Shown here: positions 1 to 13,581 of the stretch, one piece after another
Layout of the letters: each line of letters opens with the position of its first letter
Numbering within the stretch: position 1 is the stretch's first letter
Assembly: GCA_964016885.1 (NCBI GenBank)
Contig: OZ024749.1
Coordinates: 6,696,001 to 6,760,000, forward strand
Reading direction: 5' to 3'
DNA length: 64,000 nt
Source: Eledone cirrhosa
Lineage: Eukaryota
Made by a program: the position numbers and the translations under genes
The notes under the pieces: generated by a model
What the model was told of the DNA's origin: nothing
Seen by the model: the letters and a program-made list of their open reading frames with translations, nothing else
Database searches by the model: none

Positions 1-104
1 TATATATATATATATGTGTGTATATATATATATATACATATATATATATGTATATATATATATATACATATATATATATGTATATATATATATATACACA
101 TATA

Positions 105-145
<41 letters not shown>

Positions 146-186
146 ATGTATATATATATATATGTGTGTGTATATATATATATATA

Positions 187-273
<87 letters not shown>

Positions 274-288
274 ATATATATGTGTGTG

Positions 289-325
<37 letters not shown>

Positions 326-598
326 ATGTATATATATATATGTGTATGTATATATATATGTATATATATGTATATGTATATATGTATATATATGTATTTA
401 TATGTATATATATGTATATATATGTATATATATGTGTATGTACATATATATGTATATATATGTGTATGTACATATATATGTATATATATGTGTATGTATA
501 TATATATATTAAACGATGATGATGATATATATATATATATATATGTGTGTATGTATAAATATATATATATAATATATATATATATAATATATATATTT
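1..598. repeat. (TA)n/(TATG)n compound microsatellite; similar tracts at ~5750-6086, 7355-7636, 7950-8495, 29200-30030, 30289-30374, 38940-39460, 45985-46420, 57890-58345
   Basis: Dinucleotide repeats visible directly; the YIYI-type ORFs are artefacts. Confidence 0.98.
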
Positions 599-722
599 AT
601 AAAATAACATATTAAAGTTTAAGCAAAGAATCGCTGCTTTCACCCTTAACGGGATCAAGATCCCGTTAAGGGTGAAAGCAGCGATTCTTTGCTTAAACTT
701 TAATCTGTTATTTTATAAATAT
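594..722. repeat. Near-perfect foldback hairpin in (TA)n, probable pseudo-LTR remnant
   Basis: 611-656 is the exact reverse complement of 659-704 (2-nt loop AA) and extends outward with one mismatch. The right arm reads GA-t-ccc-gttaa-ggg-t-GAAA, like a hammerhead stem II. Confidence 0.85.
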
Positions 723-1077
723 TTGCTCTACGGTTCTTATATATTTGATATATATTTATCCTTATCGAGCCCTCTTTGGATTTTAGTCTTGAAATTTATT
801 ATTATTAATATGATATATATATATATATATGTATGTATGTATGTATGTATATATATATAGATAGATATATATATATATTGTTATACTTGGGGAGGGTCAT
901 ATTTGTGTAATAATATTGCCAGAATTAATAACAGTACACACTCACTGTTTGGTTGGTTTTCGCTTCTGTGTCTTTTATATCGGTTAATTTAATTTATTCT
1001 GTCCTCAATGTTACCATTGACTGACCAACGGTCAAAAATACAGATACAGTATAGACACAAACACATATATATAGTCT

Positions 1078-1119
1078 AACAAAGTTCTTTCGTTGCACAT
1101 CTGCAACATCGTCAGTGGT
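1078..1119 (-). ncRNA. Hammerhead ribozyme-like motif in PLE pseudo-LTR
   Basis: CTGACGA-t-gttgca(gatg)tgcaac-GAAA-gaac-TT; stems I and III imperfect. Confidence 0.6.
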
Positions 1120-1399
1120 GCTATTATGTTTCCTCCCGTTGTATTGTATGCCTACGCCATCTTTATTTAGTCTGTTTATTTATTTTTTTTTTGTCTTCTC
1201 TGCGCAAGCGTTTGCGTGTGTGTATAGTGTTTTGTTTGATGTGTGTTCGTGTTTGGGTGACCGTGTATTGGTTATTGTATTCTATCTTAGTTTACTAGTG
1301 TGTATTTATATGTGTTTGTTGTTATTGTGCTTGTGTATGTATTTATTTATTTATTTATACTTCTCTTAGGTCAGTGTTGTTTGTTTGGGTGTTGTTGTT

Positions 1400-2222
1400 A
1401 TTCCATTCATTTTTTCTGTTTAGCTTTGGCCTTCTAAGTTCTATTTCGCTGCCCTCTCTGATTTGCCTATCTGCTGGGTCATTTCTATGTTTAGATATTA
1501 TTCTAATTTCTATGTTGTCACTGTTACCGTTGTGTTGTTGTCTGGCATGTTCATATAGTACTTAACCGTTTTTTCATCCTTTTAGTTCCCCCCTGTTTTG
1601 GTCTATCCTTTCACCTATGATACGAGCTGTCTCGCCTATGTATGTTGTCGTGTTTCTGCAGGTACCCGCTGTACATCTTATGCTATAGACTACGTTTCTA
1701 GTTTTACAGTTTATTCGGGGGTTTACTTTACATATAATACATTTCCTATTAGTACAGTGGGTTTTCTTAAAAGGGTAGGTTTTGCTGATCAGGGATTTTA
1801 TGGTGGTTCCTGGCTTTTCTACCACCTTAATCTTTAAGCGGGTCTTTCTCAGGGCCTTTCTACACTGGTTAGCTAATTTCCCTCCAGGGGCAGCGTCCAC
1901 AAACATGACACTCCGGTATCTCTTGTTGTCGTACCATGAGGTGGCTTTCCCTATCTTATGCCTAGTCCTATCTAAGCTATTCCAAGATTTGCTCCTGTAT
2001 AAGGGGCAAATTCCTTTCATGTACAGTTCTATGAGGGTCTTATACTTCTCTGTGGCTCCTTCGTATACTCTGACTCTGTCTCTTTGGTTGTAGCCAGAGA
2101 ACTGCATGCGGTTAATGAAGTGTTGGATGTGTCTTTCCATTTCTGTTGGGTCACACATGCGGGACACATTCTTCATCACTCGTACCAAGTCTGCGATCAG
2201 AATATTAAACTTAGCACTACTG
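1400..2222 (-). pseudogene. PLE ORF C-terminus: thumb/linker, CxxxxCxxC knuckle, GIY-YIG endonuclease (disrupted near 1575)
   Basis: HCTNRKCIICK..CKTRNVVYSIRC..TTYIGETAR; continues below the stop as VLYEHARQQH..RQIREG..I..PKLNRKNEW. Confidence 0.9.
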
Positions 2223-2233
2223 GACATAATAGG

Positions 2234-2274
2234 ACCACTGATGATGTTGCAGATGTGCAATGAAAGAACTTTGT
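2234..2274 (+). ncRNA. Hammerhead ribozyme-like motif in inverted pseudo-LTR
   Basis: CTGATGA (2238-2244)-t-gttgca(gatg)tgcaat-GAAA (2262-2265). Confidence 0.6.
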
Positions 2275-2533
2275 TAGATTATATATATGTGTTTGTGTCT
2301 ATATTGTATCTGTATTTTTGACCGTTGGTCAGTCAATGGTAACATTGAGGACCGAATAAATTAAATTAACCGATATAAAAGACACAGAAGCGAAAACCAA
2401 CCAAACAGTGAGTGTGTTCTGTTATCAATTCTGGCAATATTATTACACAAATATGACCCTCCCCAAGTATAACAATATTTGTTTCGACACACGATTTCAT
2501 ATCAAAAACCTGCAAAACTAATTCATCACCGGT

Positions 2534-5500
2534 ATATATATGAAAGCGAGGATGTGTGTGTGCCTGTGTACAACTTTGCATGCTTAAGGCTTTCACAATT
2601 ACCAACTGAATTTGACCAAATTTTCTGTGCACGTTGCACAGGTTGCTAAGATTGTCACATCACAAACATTTTTCAAATCGACCCACGTTGAGCAATAAAA
2701 AATCGATATCAAAATTATCGGTAGAAAAATTGATGTAAGGGAGATAAACTTTATTGACAATCCTTATAAAAAAGGGAGATAACCAACTTTTCAGAAATAT
2801 AAACATCACGGTCATTTGAAGATAAATCACTAATATTATCATTTGTTTCTTGTTTAGCCGAGATGAAGTGGCCCAGTACCAAACTGGAAGATACACTAAC
2901 TCTAATGAAGCATTCTGTCAGATTTTCGGATTTTTCATACATCAACGGCATCCTGCTGTTCAAAAACTTCAAGTGCACCTGGAGAACGGTCAGAGAGTAT
3001 ATTTTACGAATGCATCAGCTGCTCTTACCACTTTCTTTAAACTATGTCAAGAGGATCCATTTGCTATATCTACAAGTCCCATCTTACTATACTTGGGCCA
3101 AAAATACATGGAAGCGAAGAAAAACAGGGCAGTGTTGAAGGTTATCCAGGCATCAAGTTCAACGAGTGCTTGGGCAGAGTTTATACTGTGCCCCCAAACC
3201 AACACGAATGCTTCCATCTTCGCATGCTACTTCATGAGGTCAGAGGACCTACCTGCTTTGATGATCTTCGAACGTTAGACGGACAAGTTCTTCCAACATA
3301 CACAAAGGCATGTTTGAGGCGTGGATTGCTGGAAGATGGTTCGCAGTGGGATGCAACCATGGCGGAAGGTGCTCTTTCACATTCACTTGCCAGCCTAAGA
3401 AATTTATTTATGGTACTTTTGCACTCGTGCAACTTATCTGATCCTCTGTCCTTGTGGATGAAATATAGGGATGAACTAACAGACGACTACAGACACCAAG
3501 CACAGTTGCTGCTTCCAGAAATAGAGGTCGGCTTTATTAATGAATTATACAACAGAGCTCTCATTGATATTGAGGTCAAGTTAGCTCTGATTGGAGGAAA
3601 GGTTTTACGTTACTACGGTTTACCAGAAACTCATCGCACAGACTCAAACAAACTTCCCACAGATATCATACAGGAGACTTCTTATGACATCCATGATCTC
3701 GGCCTGTACGTCACAGATAATGAGCCAACACTTCTAGCTGATCAGCGACTGGCTTATACCATCATTACTGAATTGGTATTTCAAAGAAGAGGTGGCATAT
3801 TTTTCCTCGATGTTCCAGGGGAGCCAAAAACTTTCGTTACTAAACTTCTTCTTGCAAAGGTTAGACAGTATAAGGACATAGCAATAGCAGTTGCGCCCTC
3901 TGGAATCGCATGAACTTTGCTCCCTGGTGGAAGGACGGCACATTCAGTTTTTAAATTGTCCCTTGATTTGGCAAAATTGGAAACTCCTACTTGTCATATC
4001 ACCAAAGACTCCGAAAGGGCTCATCTGCTGCAAAGGTGTCACCTTATTGTTTGGGATGAGTGCACAATGGCGCACAAAGGTGCTCTTGAGGCACTAGACA
4101 GGTCTTTGCAAGACATACGGGATTGCAGTGATGTTATGGGGGGGGGGGGTCACCCTTCTGCTATCAGGAGACTTCAGACAGACTCTTCCTATAATACTGA
4201 AAGGAACAAGAGCAAATGCGGTAAATGCATGTCTTAAGTCTTCACCATTGTGGTGACAAATGACATCATTAAGACTAACTACTAACATGTGTGCAAGATT
4301 GCATGGGGACCATCTGTCATCAACATTTTCTGGAGACATTCTTACAATAGGAGATGGTAACCTACCTCCGGATACAGATGGACACATAGCAATTGATCAC
4401 ATCTGCAATGTAGTTGAAACTGTCGATGATCTCAAGGCGAGTGTATTCCCGAACTTGCGTGATAACTATACAAATCTTGATTCACTATGCGAAAGAGCCA
4501 TTCTTGCACCCCAAAATATCACGGTTAGCTGTATTAACGATCAGCTTCTTCAGCTTCTTCCTGGATCTCCATGGATATATAAATCTATTGATACTGTATG
4601 TGATCCACAGGATGTGGTCAATTATCCAGTTGAATTTTTAAATTCTTTAAATCCTCCTGGTTTACCTCCTAATACATTAGTTCTGAAAGAGGGAACACCA
4701 GTTATTTTGCTGAGAAATATCACTCCTCCAAAACTATGCAATGGTACACGCCTTGTGGTTAAAAAACTGTCTCCACTTAGTATTGACGCTACCATTCTAT
4801 CTGGATGTGGAAAATGCGAGGATGTGATAATAACAAAAATTAGCCTGACTACATCAGGCGTGGATACTCCCTTCTCCTTTCGCCGAACCCAATTTCCCCT
4901 TCGTGTTGCCTTTGTGATGTCCATAAACAAGTCGCAAGGTCAAACTCTGTCCGTCGCTCGAATTCACTTGGATGAACCTTGCTTTTCGCACAGACAATTC
5001 TATGGTGCCTGCTCACGTGTTGGCAGTCGAGATAATCTCTTTGCGTTTGTTCCGAAAAGAAAAACAAAGAATATCGTCTATCCTGAAGTGCTTTAGTGTT
5101 AACAAAAAAACTTATTACAGCTCTGCTGTGACCTTACTCATTACAAAACAAACCAATGAATATGTCATGCAGGATATTTGGGATTATAAGTTAAAAATGT
5201 AACCATACACAGCAAAGGATGCTCTCAAAGAATAGATTTTCTCTTATTCTACTCTCATTGTTTTTTTGTTTGTATACAACTCTGCTTTCATTACAACTTT
5301 TTGTACTTTAGCAAAAATGCCTGTTTTTTTACAGATTTACAACTTGTATTGTCTTTAATCATTTGTATAACTACATCCTGTTCAGTGTTTTCCTTCATTA
5401 TCAGCATAGTTTTATGTGTACAAAGATTGCACTAAATATTCATTTGCATTAATTATTGAAGACTTCTGCTTATTTTGACAGGTTGGAGACAAATAATTGT

Positions 5501-5648
5501 TTCTACTTTAGGCACAAGGCCAGCAATTATCCCAGTGCATTACTGGTACTTTATTTTATCGACCCCGTAAAATGTACTTCTTTTACTTCCAAGCTGTATA
5601 TTCTTAGCATAATTTCAAACCCCGAGCAACGCCGGGTAAATCTGCTAG
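2534..5648 (+). mobile_element. Helitron (internally deleted, decayed)
   Basis: Rep/PIF1 helicase remnants; 3' GC-rich hairpin cccgagcaacgccggg (5621-5636) then CTAG (5645-5648) followed by T; 5' boundary approximate. Confidence 0.9.
2850..5096 (+). pseudogene. Helitron RepHel, PIF1-like SF1 helicase portion, with frameshifts and stops
   Basis: Motifs VHLENGQRVYF, RGPTCFDDLRT, AIAVAPSGIA, LPGGRTAHS, IVWDECTM, LCNGTRL, RTQFP, SINKSQGQT; Walker A degenerate. Confidence 0.92.
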
Positions 5649-5745
5649 TATATATATAAAATCTGAATATTGGCTGCCTGCCAATTGCAGTCTAAATAAT
5701 AATACAGGTCACAGAGAATATTGTAACACAACACAATGACTTATG

Positions 5746-5850
<105 letters not shown>

Positions 5851-5860
5851 ATAAATATGA

Positions 5861-6035
<175 letters not shown>

Positions 6036-6086
6036 ATATGTAATATGTATAAATATGTGTGTGTATATTTATATATATATATATAT

Positions 6087-6730
6087 TAGAAATAAGAGGG
6101 ATCAGATGTTGTTTACTCGAGAGAAGGCTACGTTGGTATGGTCACGTGATGTGCATGAAAGACGACAGCTGTATAACAAAGTGCAGGGCAATAAAGATAG
6201 ACGGTAGCCACGGAGTAGGCAGACCCAGAAAAACCTGGGACGAGCTGATAAATTCTGACCTCACACACTTACACCTCTCCAAGACAATGTCACTGGACCG
6301 AGACCTTTGGCGGTACTCAGTAATAGAGAAGCCCCGCCTTACCTTAATACATAGTAAAACCTACTACAGCCAGTAGGCATCTCTAACAAAATACACCCCC
6401 CCCCCCAACCCATCCACACCGCCCCTTCAATGTAAAGTTATGTTGGTGCCACAACATCCAGGCCGAAACAAATGAGATCGTGTAGGTGTCACGACAAAAA
6501 AACACACAGTCCACGCTGTAATGTGGCCGTGTAGGCAACACGGTAAAAACCTCCCAGCCCCACACTGTAAATGTGGTTGGTGTTAGGAAGGGCTTCCAGC
6601 TGTAGAAAACCTGCCAGACAGTCCTATGCGAGCAAGACAATCACTCTTGCCTCAAGTGGGAAAACCCCCGTCCAAACCCATGCAAGCGTGGAACACGGAC
6701 GTTAAACGTTGATGATGATGATGATAATGA
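6087..6730 (+). mobile_element. RTE LINE 3' fragment with 3' UTR and (GAT)n tail
   Basis: [19 protein letters not shown], homologous to the C-terminus of the 30847-33966 ORF. Confidence 0.9.
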
Positions 6731-7584
6731 TATATATATATAATGTATGAATATGTGTGTGTGTATATATATATATATAATATGTATCCCAGTACAACCT
6801 GTCTCATGGTCGGGTCGTTGGCGACTAAACTGGCAACCCCACCAGGTTTCTTGGTGAGGAGGGTGACTTTGGACATCCTGCAGGACTAAAACCAAAACCT
6901 GTCAAAGGGCAAAGGAGCTCTTAAGAGTCAATGGCCATCCAAAATCACCGGGAGAGATGACCCCTTAGCCTTTGTTAAGGCAGAATTCTAAGAGAAGGAA
7001 AACTCTGATATAACACCTGCAACTCTGATGGTATCCAATGATGTTGACTTGTTCTTCTTTTTGGTAAATATCATCTTGGTTAAGAGAGTGGGACTGGTTT
7101 TGTGCAGTGCCTTTGCTCACTATAAAAGCTTCACGGCACAGGCATTGCTTTATATCTGGAGATATCATTGCACTTGTCGTCACATGGTATCATGGGCCCA
7201 GTACTATATGTCAATAATTGTCACAAATGTAGTGCTTGTACCAGAGTTTTCAAGTCGCTGGCTGGACTAAAAAGTCACACTCGTTCAGCGCATTGGTAGT
7301 TCTCCTACATGGATATAAAGTAGTGGCCGTACTCGAAAACGAGTTGATAGCCACCATATATAATATGTATAAATATATATATATATATACATAAATATAT
7401 ATACACACACACACATATAAATACACACACACACACACACATATAAATACACACACACACATATAAATACACACACACAAGCACACATATAAATACACAC
7501 ACACACACACACACATAAATACACACACACACATATAAATACACACACACACACATATATAAATACACACACACATATATAAAT

Positions 7585-7640
<56 letters not shown>

Positions 7641-7947
7641 CTATACCATTACTATCCTACTAAGTAACTTGAAATAAAATTTCCTCTCAGATGCACATGA
7701 AAGGTATATAATAGTTGACATTCATGGCATGGAACACAATACAAAGATTCTCTGTTCTCTGTATTCTATATCTTACAGATATATATATCATTCAATAATC
7801 ATTAGACAAATTCTACTGGACACCTCTAACAAAGGATTCACTCCCCCCTTGCACTCCTAACAAGTCTTCATTCATGCTTTCTTTCAACAATGTATTTATT
7901 AAACTGGATTACATATGAGTGTTTAAATCAACACAAACACACACACA

Positions 7948-7987
<40 letters not shown>

Positions 7988-8181
7988 CAGATATATACAT
8001 TTATAACCATACGCATACATATATACATATACAGATATATATATATATATATAACCATACATATACATATATGCAGATATATATATATAAAACATACACA
8101 TATACATATATGTAACCATACACATATATACATACACATATACATATATGTAACCATACACATATACACATACACATATAC

Positions 8182-8215
<34 letters not shown>

Positions 8216-8708
8216 CATACACATAAATACATACACATATACATATACATATAACCATACACATATATACATATACATATATATAACCATACACATATAT
8301 ACATATACATATACATATATATAACCATACACATATATACATATATGTATATATATATATCATAATTTTTCATATATATATACATATGTATATATATATT
8401 ATATATATATATTATATATATTTATATAAACGTATATATATATTATATATATATTATATACATATATATATATATACATACATATATATATATAAAAACA
8501 AATTCAGATGTAGTTTATATTGGATGAATAAATAATGCTTGAGAGAAATTGTGGTTTTCATCTCCAGCTGTTTAAAAGACCACAAAGACACCATTTCCAA
8601 AAGCTTGAATGTAACTTCGATTTTGGTGTAATTATTTCACCATTTCCATAGCTCAAGATATTCAGTGACGCATTGAATTAGTGGTACAGTCCTTAAAAGT
8701 CAAATACA

Positions 8709-9054
8709 ATCATCATCATTTCATCATTTCAATTTACGTCCGCTTTTCCCTGCTTGCAAGGGTGGGACGGGAACTGATTTTGGCTTGATTTCTACAGCTG
8801 GATGCCCTTCCTAACACCAACCTCATTTACAGTGAGTGCTGGGTGCTTTTTTGCCGTGGCACCTACACGTCCACTTTTGAGTGGAATGATAGGGACCCCA
8901 GTCCCTATCATCTCATTTCTACAGCTGAGTAAACTGGAGCAATGTGAAATAAAGTGTCTTGCTCAAGGAAACAACACATTGCCCGGTCTGAGAATTGAAC
9001 TCACAACCTTTCGATTGCAAGGCCAATGCTCTAACCACTAAGCCATGTGCCTCC
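8709..9054 (-). mobile_element. tRNA-derived SINE family A (CORE-like centre, RTE-derived tail)
   Basis: A box TGGCTTAGTGG, B box GAGTTCAATTC, ccttgagcaagacactt core, (GAT)n tail; five full copies in the window. Confidence 0.9.
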
Positions 9055-9336
9055 ATTGTAGTATTAGTTTCAGCTCTTTTCTTTCTCAGTTCAAACACAG
9101 TTGAGTTTGACTTTGTCGGATAGAATTCTTTGTTTTATTAATTCCAGCTCTCTAGATTCTCTGAGCTCAAATCCTGCCGTGGTCAAATTTGTCTTTCACC
9201 CATTCAAGGTTCATAAAAAAAAATGTACCAGTCTAGTTCAGGGGTTGATTCTTTCTCTATAGCTCTTTCTCTCTTCCTTTCTATCATTATCTCCCCTATT
9301 TTAGGAGAAATCAATTCATCTATATCGTTTTCTCCC

Positions 9337-9642
9337 AGGAAGTCAGGAACCCGCACCAACCAGCAGCTGGTCTCTTCTGCCATCTGCAAGCGACGCCTGG
9401 GCTGGTTTGGGCACGCTTTGAGACTTCCCCCGGAGAGACTGGCGAACCAAGTACTTAAATGGAACCCACAGGGAAGCAGACGGAGAGGGCGACCCAAAAT
9501 GAACTGGCGCCAGACAGTTGAGAGGGACCTGCGAGCGACAATCAGACAATGGCGGGACGCTGTGCAATTGGCCGCTGACCGAATGCGGTGGAACACTATG
9601 ATTGCCTCATGCGTCGCAAGACACGAGAGCTTCTGAGTCTGA
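9337..9642 (+). mobile_element. RTE-like LINE 3' fragment, second family, with 10-bp TSD
   Basis: RRLGWFGHALR..GRPKMNW; (ctgagt)2 tail; gttttctccc at 9327-9336 and 9643-9652. Confidence 0.85.
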
Positions 9643-10079
9643 GTTTTCTCCCTTCATCTCTATCTCCCTCTCACCTTCTCAGGGAGAATTCGGTTGTGTT
9701 CAGACCAGCATCCCCAGGAAACATCATTTCTGATTTCAAATAGAGTTGAGTTTAACTTTGTCTTTCATCAGTGAGAGGTTGATAAATAACATACCAGTCC
9801 ACTACTGGGGTCAATTCTTTCTCTATTTCTCTTCCTCACTTCCTCTCTATCACTCTATGCCACTTGACGATAATAACACTGATAATGATGATGATGATGA
9901 TGATGTTGAATGATAACATAATCCTGATCAGGTCAGTAACAATCAATAATGATTGCTGATACTTAAGATTATAAGGCATGATTGTTAATATATGATGATG
10001 ATGATGATGATGATGATTAAAAAACTAAAAGTAGTCTGCTTTATTTATCATTTAATATTTAATTCTATTTTATTTAACT

Positions 10080-12102
10080 ATCTGTTATTATTATTGTCGA
10101 TAAAATAAAGTACCAGTAATACACTGTAATAGCCTTGTGCCTAAAGTAGAAACAATTATTATTATCATTATTGTTTCTACTTTTGGCTCAAGGCCAGCAA
10201 TTACCCAAATAAAGTACCAGTAATACACTGGATAATTTCTGGCCTTGTACCAAAAGTAGAAACAATTATTATTATTATTTTAACCCTTTAATGTTCAAAC
10301 AGGCCAAAACCGGCGTGAATTCTCTACCTCTTTCTGTTGAAACTGGCTGTAACTGGCCACTCATACTGATGTTAAGGTATTGTTCTCAAAATAAATACTT
10401 TCAAAATCTCATAGATTCGATATTATGTGAGATAATTATGTGAGATAAAGACTTTACCATGAAAATATAATAATAAATATAGAATAATTGTTTCTACTTT
10501 TGGCACAAGGCCAGCATTTACCCAGTGTATTACTGGTACTTTATTTTATCGACCCCGTAAGGATGAAAGGCAAAGTTAACCTCGACGGGATTTGAACTCA
10601 GAATGGCAAGGGCCGTAACTCTATGCGTCAAAGCATGGCGCCCGACCCTTAAAGGGTTAATAAGGGCGGTGGATTGGCAGTATCGGTATAGGGTTGGACG
10701 CCAAGCTTTGCAGCATAGAGTTACGGCCCTTTATGATCTAAGTTCAAATCTCACTGAGGTTAACTTTGCCTTTCATCCTTACGGGGGTCGATAAAATAAA
10801 GTACCAGTAATGTACTGGGTAATTGCTGGCCTTGTGCCTAAAATAGAAACAATTTATTATTATGGTGGATTGGCAGTATCGGTAGAGGGTCGGACACCAT
10901 GCTTTGTAGCATAGAGTTACGGCCCTTTACGGTCTGAGTTCAAATCCTGCCGAGGTTAACTTTGCCTTTCATCCTTACAGTGTTGACAAAATAGAGTACC
11001 AGTAATACTCTGGAGTTGATTTAATCGACTTTCCCCTCCCTCCAAATTGCTGGCCTTGTGCCCATACGAGAAACAATTATTATGAATTGGCAGTATCGGT
11101 GGAGGGTCGGACGCCATGCTTTCCAGCATAGAGTTACGGCCCTTTATGATCTAAGTTCAAATCTCACCGAGGTTAGTTTTGCCTTTCATCCTTTCGGGGG
11201 TCAATAAATTAAAGTACCAGTAATGCACTGGGTAATTGCTGGCCTTGTACCTATAGTAGAAACAATTATTTTAATATTATTTCCCCTTATATGCAATGAC
11301 TGCCAACCATCAGCCAGATGGGCATCGTTGCTTTTCACAGTTTCCAAAGCTCTTTATTATAAAAACTAATATTAATATCATCTTTACGGACTGAGTTCAA
11401 ATCCCGCCGAGGTTAGTTTTGCCTTTCATCCTTACGGGGTCGATAAAATAAAGTACCAGTAATGCACTGGGGATCGATTTAACTGAGTTTCCCCTCCCCT
11501 TCAAATTGCCAGCCTTGTGCCAAAAGAAGAAACAATTATTATCATCAATCCCACTGAGGTTAGCTTTGCCTTTCATCCTGATGAAGTTGATAAAATAAAG
11601 TACCAGTAATGCACTTGGGTTGATTTAATCGAATTTCCCCTCTCCCCAAATTGCTGGCCTTGCCCCTATAGTAGAAATCATTATTATTATGGTGGATTGG
11701 CAGTATCGGTAGAGAGTCGGACACCAAGCTTTGCAGCATAGAGTTACGGCCCTTTACGGTCTGAGTTCAAATCCTGCCGAGGTTAACTTTGCCTTTCATC
11801 CTTACAGTGTCGACAAAATAAAGTACAGTAATACACTGGGGTCGATTTAATCGACTCCCCCCCCCCAAATTGCTGGCCTTGTGCCTATACTAGAAACAAT
11901 TATTAAGAATTGGCAGTATCGGTAGAGGGTCGGACGCCATGCTTTCCAGCATAGAGTTACGTCCCTTTAAGATCTGAGTTCAAATCCGGCCGAGATTAAC
12001 TTTGCCTTTCATCCTTACGGGGTCGATAAAATAAAGTACCAGTAATGTACTGGGTATTTGCTGGCCTTGTGCCAAAAATAGAAACAATTATTATTATTAT
12101 TA
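10080..12102. mobile_element. Cluster of about 10 full or partial copies of SINE family B (Meta-like domain, (ATT)n tail), mostly plus strand
   Basis: Repeated ggattggcagtatcggt..gagttcaaatc..gcctttcatccttacggggtcgataaaataaagtaccag..agaaacaattatt. Confidence 0.9.
10284..10656. mobile_element. piggyBac-like MITE interrupted by an antisense SINE B
   Basis: TTAA-CCCTTTA ... TAAAGGG-TTAA; body shared with 19922-20140. Confidence 0.7.
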
Positions 12103-13378
12103 TCAAAATATTTCGGTATTTAAAAAATGTATTTTTACATGTGTCATTTTTATTTATCAAAAAAACATAAAACCAGGAAGCAGGGGTGGGGGGTTTCAGA
12201 GTTAATGATAGATTTTAAGGGATCACAACTTTGGAATTTGTTAAGTCTTTGGAAATTAAAATATTAACAGCTGCCGCTGTTCCCCAAAAAAGGGAGGGGG
12301 GCGGGCATTAAGCTGGGATCTAATCTTGGATAAGAAGATAAACTCAATCACAGAATGAAATCTTGAGATTTAATTAACTGAATTGAATTTTTTGTTGTTG
12401 TTTTTAAGAATTTTAATCTTTTACTGGTTTCAGTTATTAGACTGTGGCCAAGCTGGGGCACTGATTTCATTTAGTTGATCATATTGCTCTCATAGATGGT
12501 ATTGGCTGATCTTGCTTGGGGATCTAGCTGGATGCCTCTGACAGGACCTGGTGAACCTATGGCCCTCTCTCTCGAGGAGGAGGAGGAGGAGGAAGAGAAG
12601 AAGGAGAAGGAGAAGGAGAAGGAGAAGAAGAAGAAGAAGGAGAAGATATTGTTCTTAGTATCCATTTTATTCAAGTCTGGTACTTAGATTATCAAACTCT
12701 GTTCTGTGGAACTGCTAAGTTATTACATAGACAGACAGGCAGACAGACGGACACACATGCAGACAGACAGGCACATAGACAGACAGACAGACAGTCACAC
12801 AGACAGACAGAGAGACAGGCAGTCACACAGACAGACACACAGACAGACACACAGACAGTAACACACAGACAATCAGACACACACAGACACACACATACAG
12901 ACAGTCACACACACAGACAGACAGTCACACAGACAGACACAGACACACAGACAGTAACACACAGACAATCAGACTCACACAGACACACACATACAGACAG
13001 TCACACACACACACAGACACAGACACACAGACAGACACACACACTATATGTATGTATTTACAACAACAAAAGTATGCAGTTCCCTTCCATCAAGGTCCAC
13101 TCACAAGGCTTTAGTGAACCTAAGTCTATGTTGGAAGACATGTACAATGTGCTCTGCAACATAACTGAACTCATAACCACATAGTTGCTAAATCATCATC
13201 ATCATCATCATCCACTTTTGATTATGAAGGACTCAATTAATCCCTAGGGGTGGGTCTTGCATGACAGCGTTCTTTTGCATCCAGCCCCAGAAGAAGAAGA
13301 AAAAGAAAAAGAAAAAGAAAGAGAAGATGAAGAACAAGAAGAAGAAAAAGAAGGTGGAAGAGGGGGAGATATGTACAT

Positions 13379-13580
13379 ATCTATCTAGGGCGGGTAAAAT
13401 TCCTGAGATCCATGGACGAGTTCTCTCCAGCGGTCTCTGTCGCTCATTATCGTTGCCATGTCCTGCATCTCCAACAGACCAGTGTCTGTCCTTAGGGCAT
13501 CAACGTATGTGAACATTGGCACAAATTTCAGCTGAATGGACCAGAGCAACATATAATAAAGGTGCCACATTGTATTCTAA
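13379..13580 (-). mobile_element. Decayed RTE-like LINE 3' end
   Basis: TYVDALRTDTGL..MSDRDRWRELV. Confidence 0.7.
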
Positions 13581-13581
13581 C

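Larger units (their letters stand above)
876..2477 (-). mobile_element. 5'-truncated Penelope-like retroelement (PLE) with inverted pseudo-LTRs
   Basis: ~250-bp inverted repeats (about 876-1128 and 2224-2477) enclose a GIY-YIG coding region; each repeat holds a hammerhead-like core; the left end abuts (TA)n. Confidence 0.9.

Noticed and set aside
14-607. Long [12 protein letters not shown] ORFs throughout the track
   Set aside because: Translations of microsatellites
2850-5096. Host PIF1 helicase gene
   Set aside because: Intronless, disrupted, and bounded by a Helitron 3' hairpin and CTAG
8980-9054. tRNA genes at SINE heads
   Set aside because: A/B boxes continue into SINE core and tail; no complete cloverleaf evident
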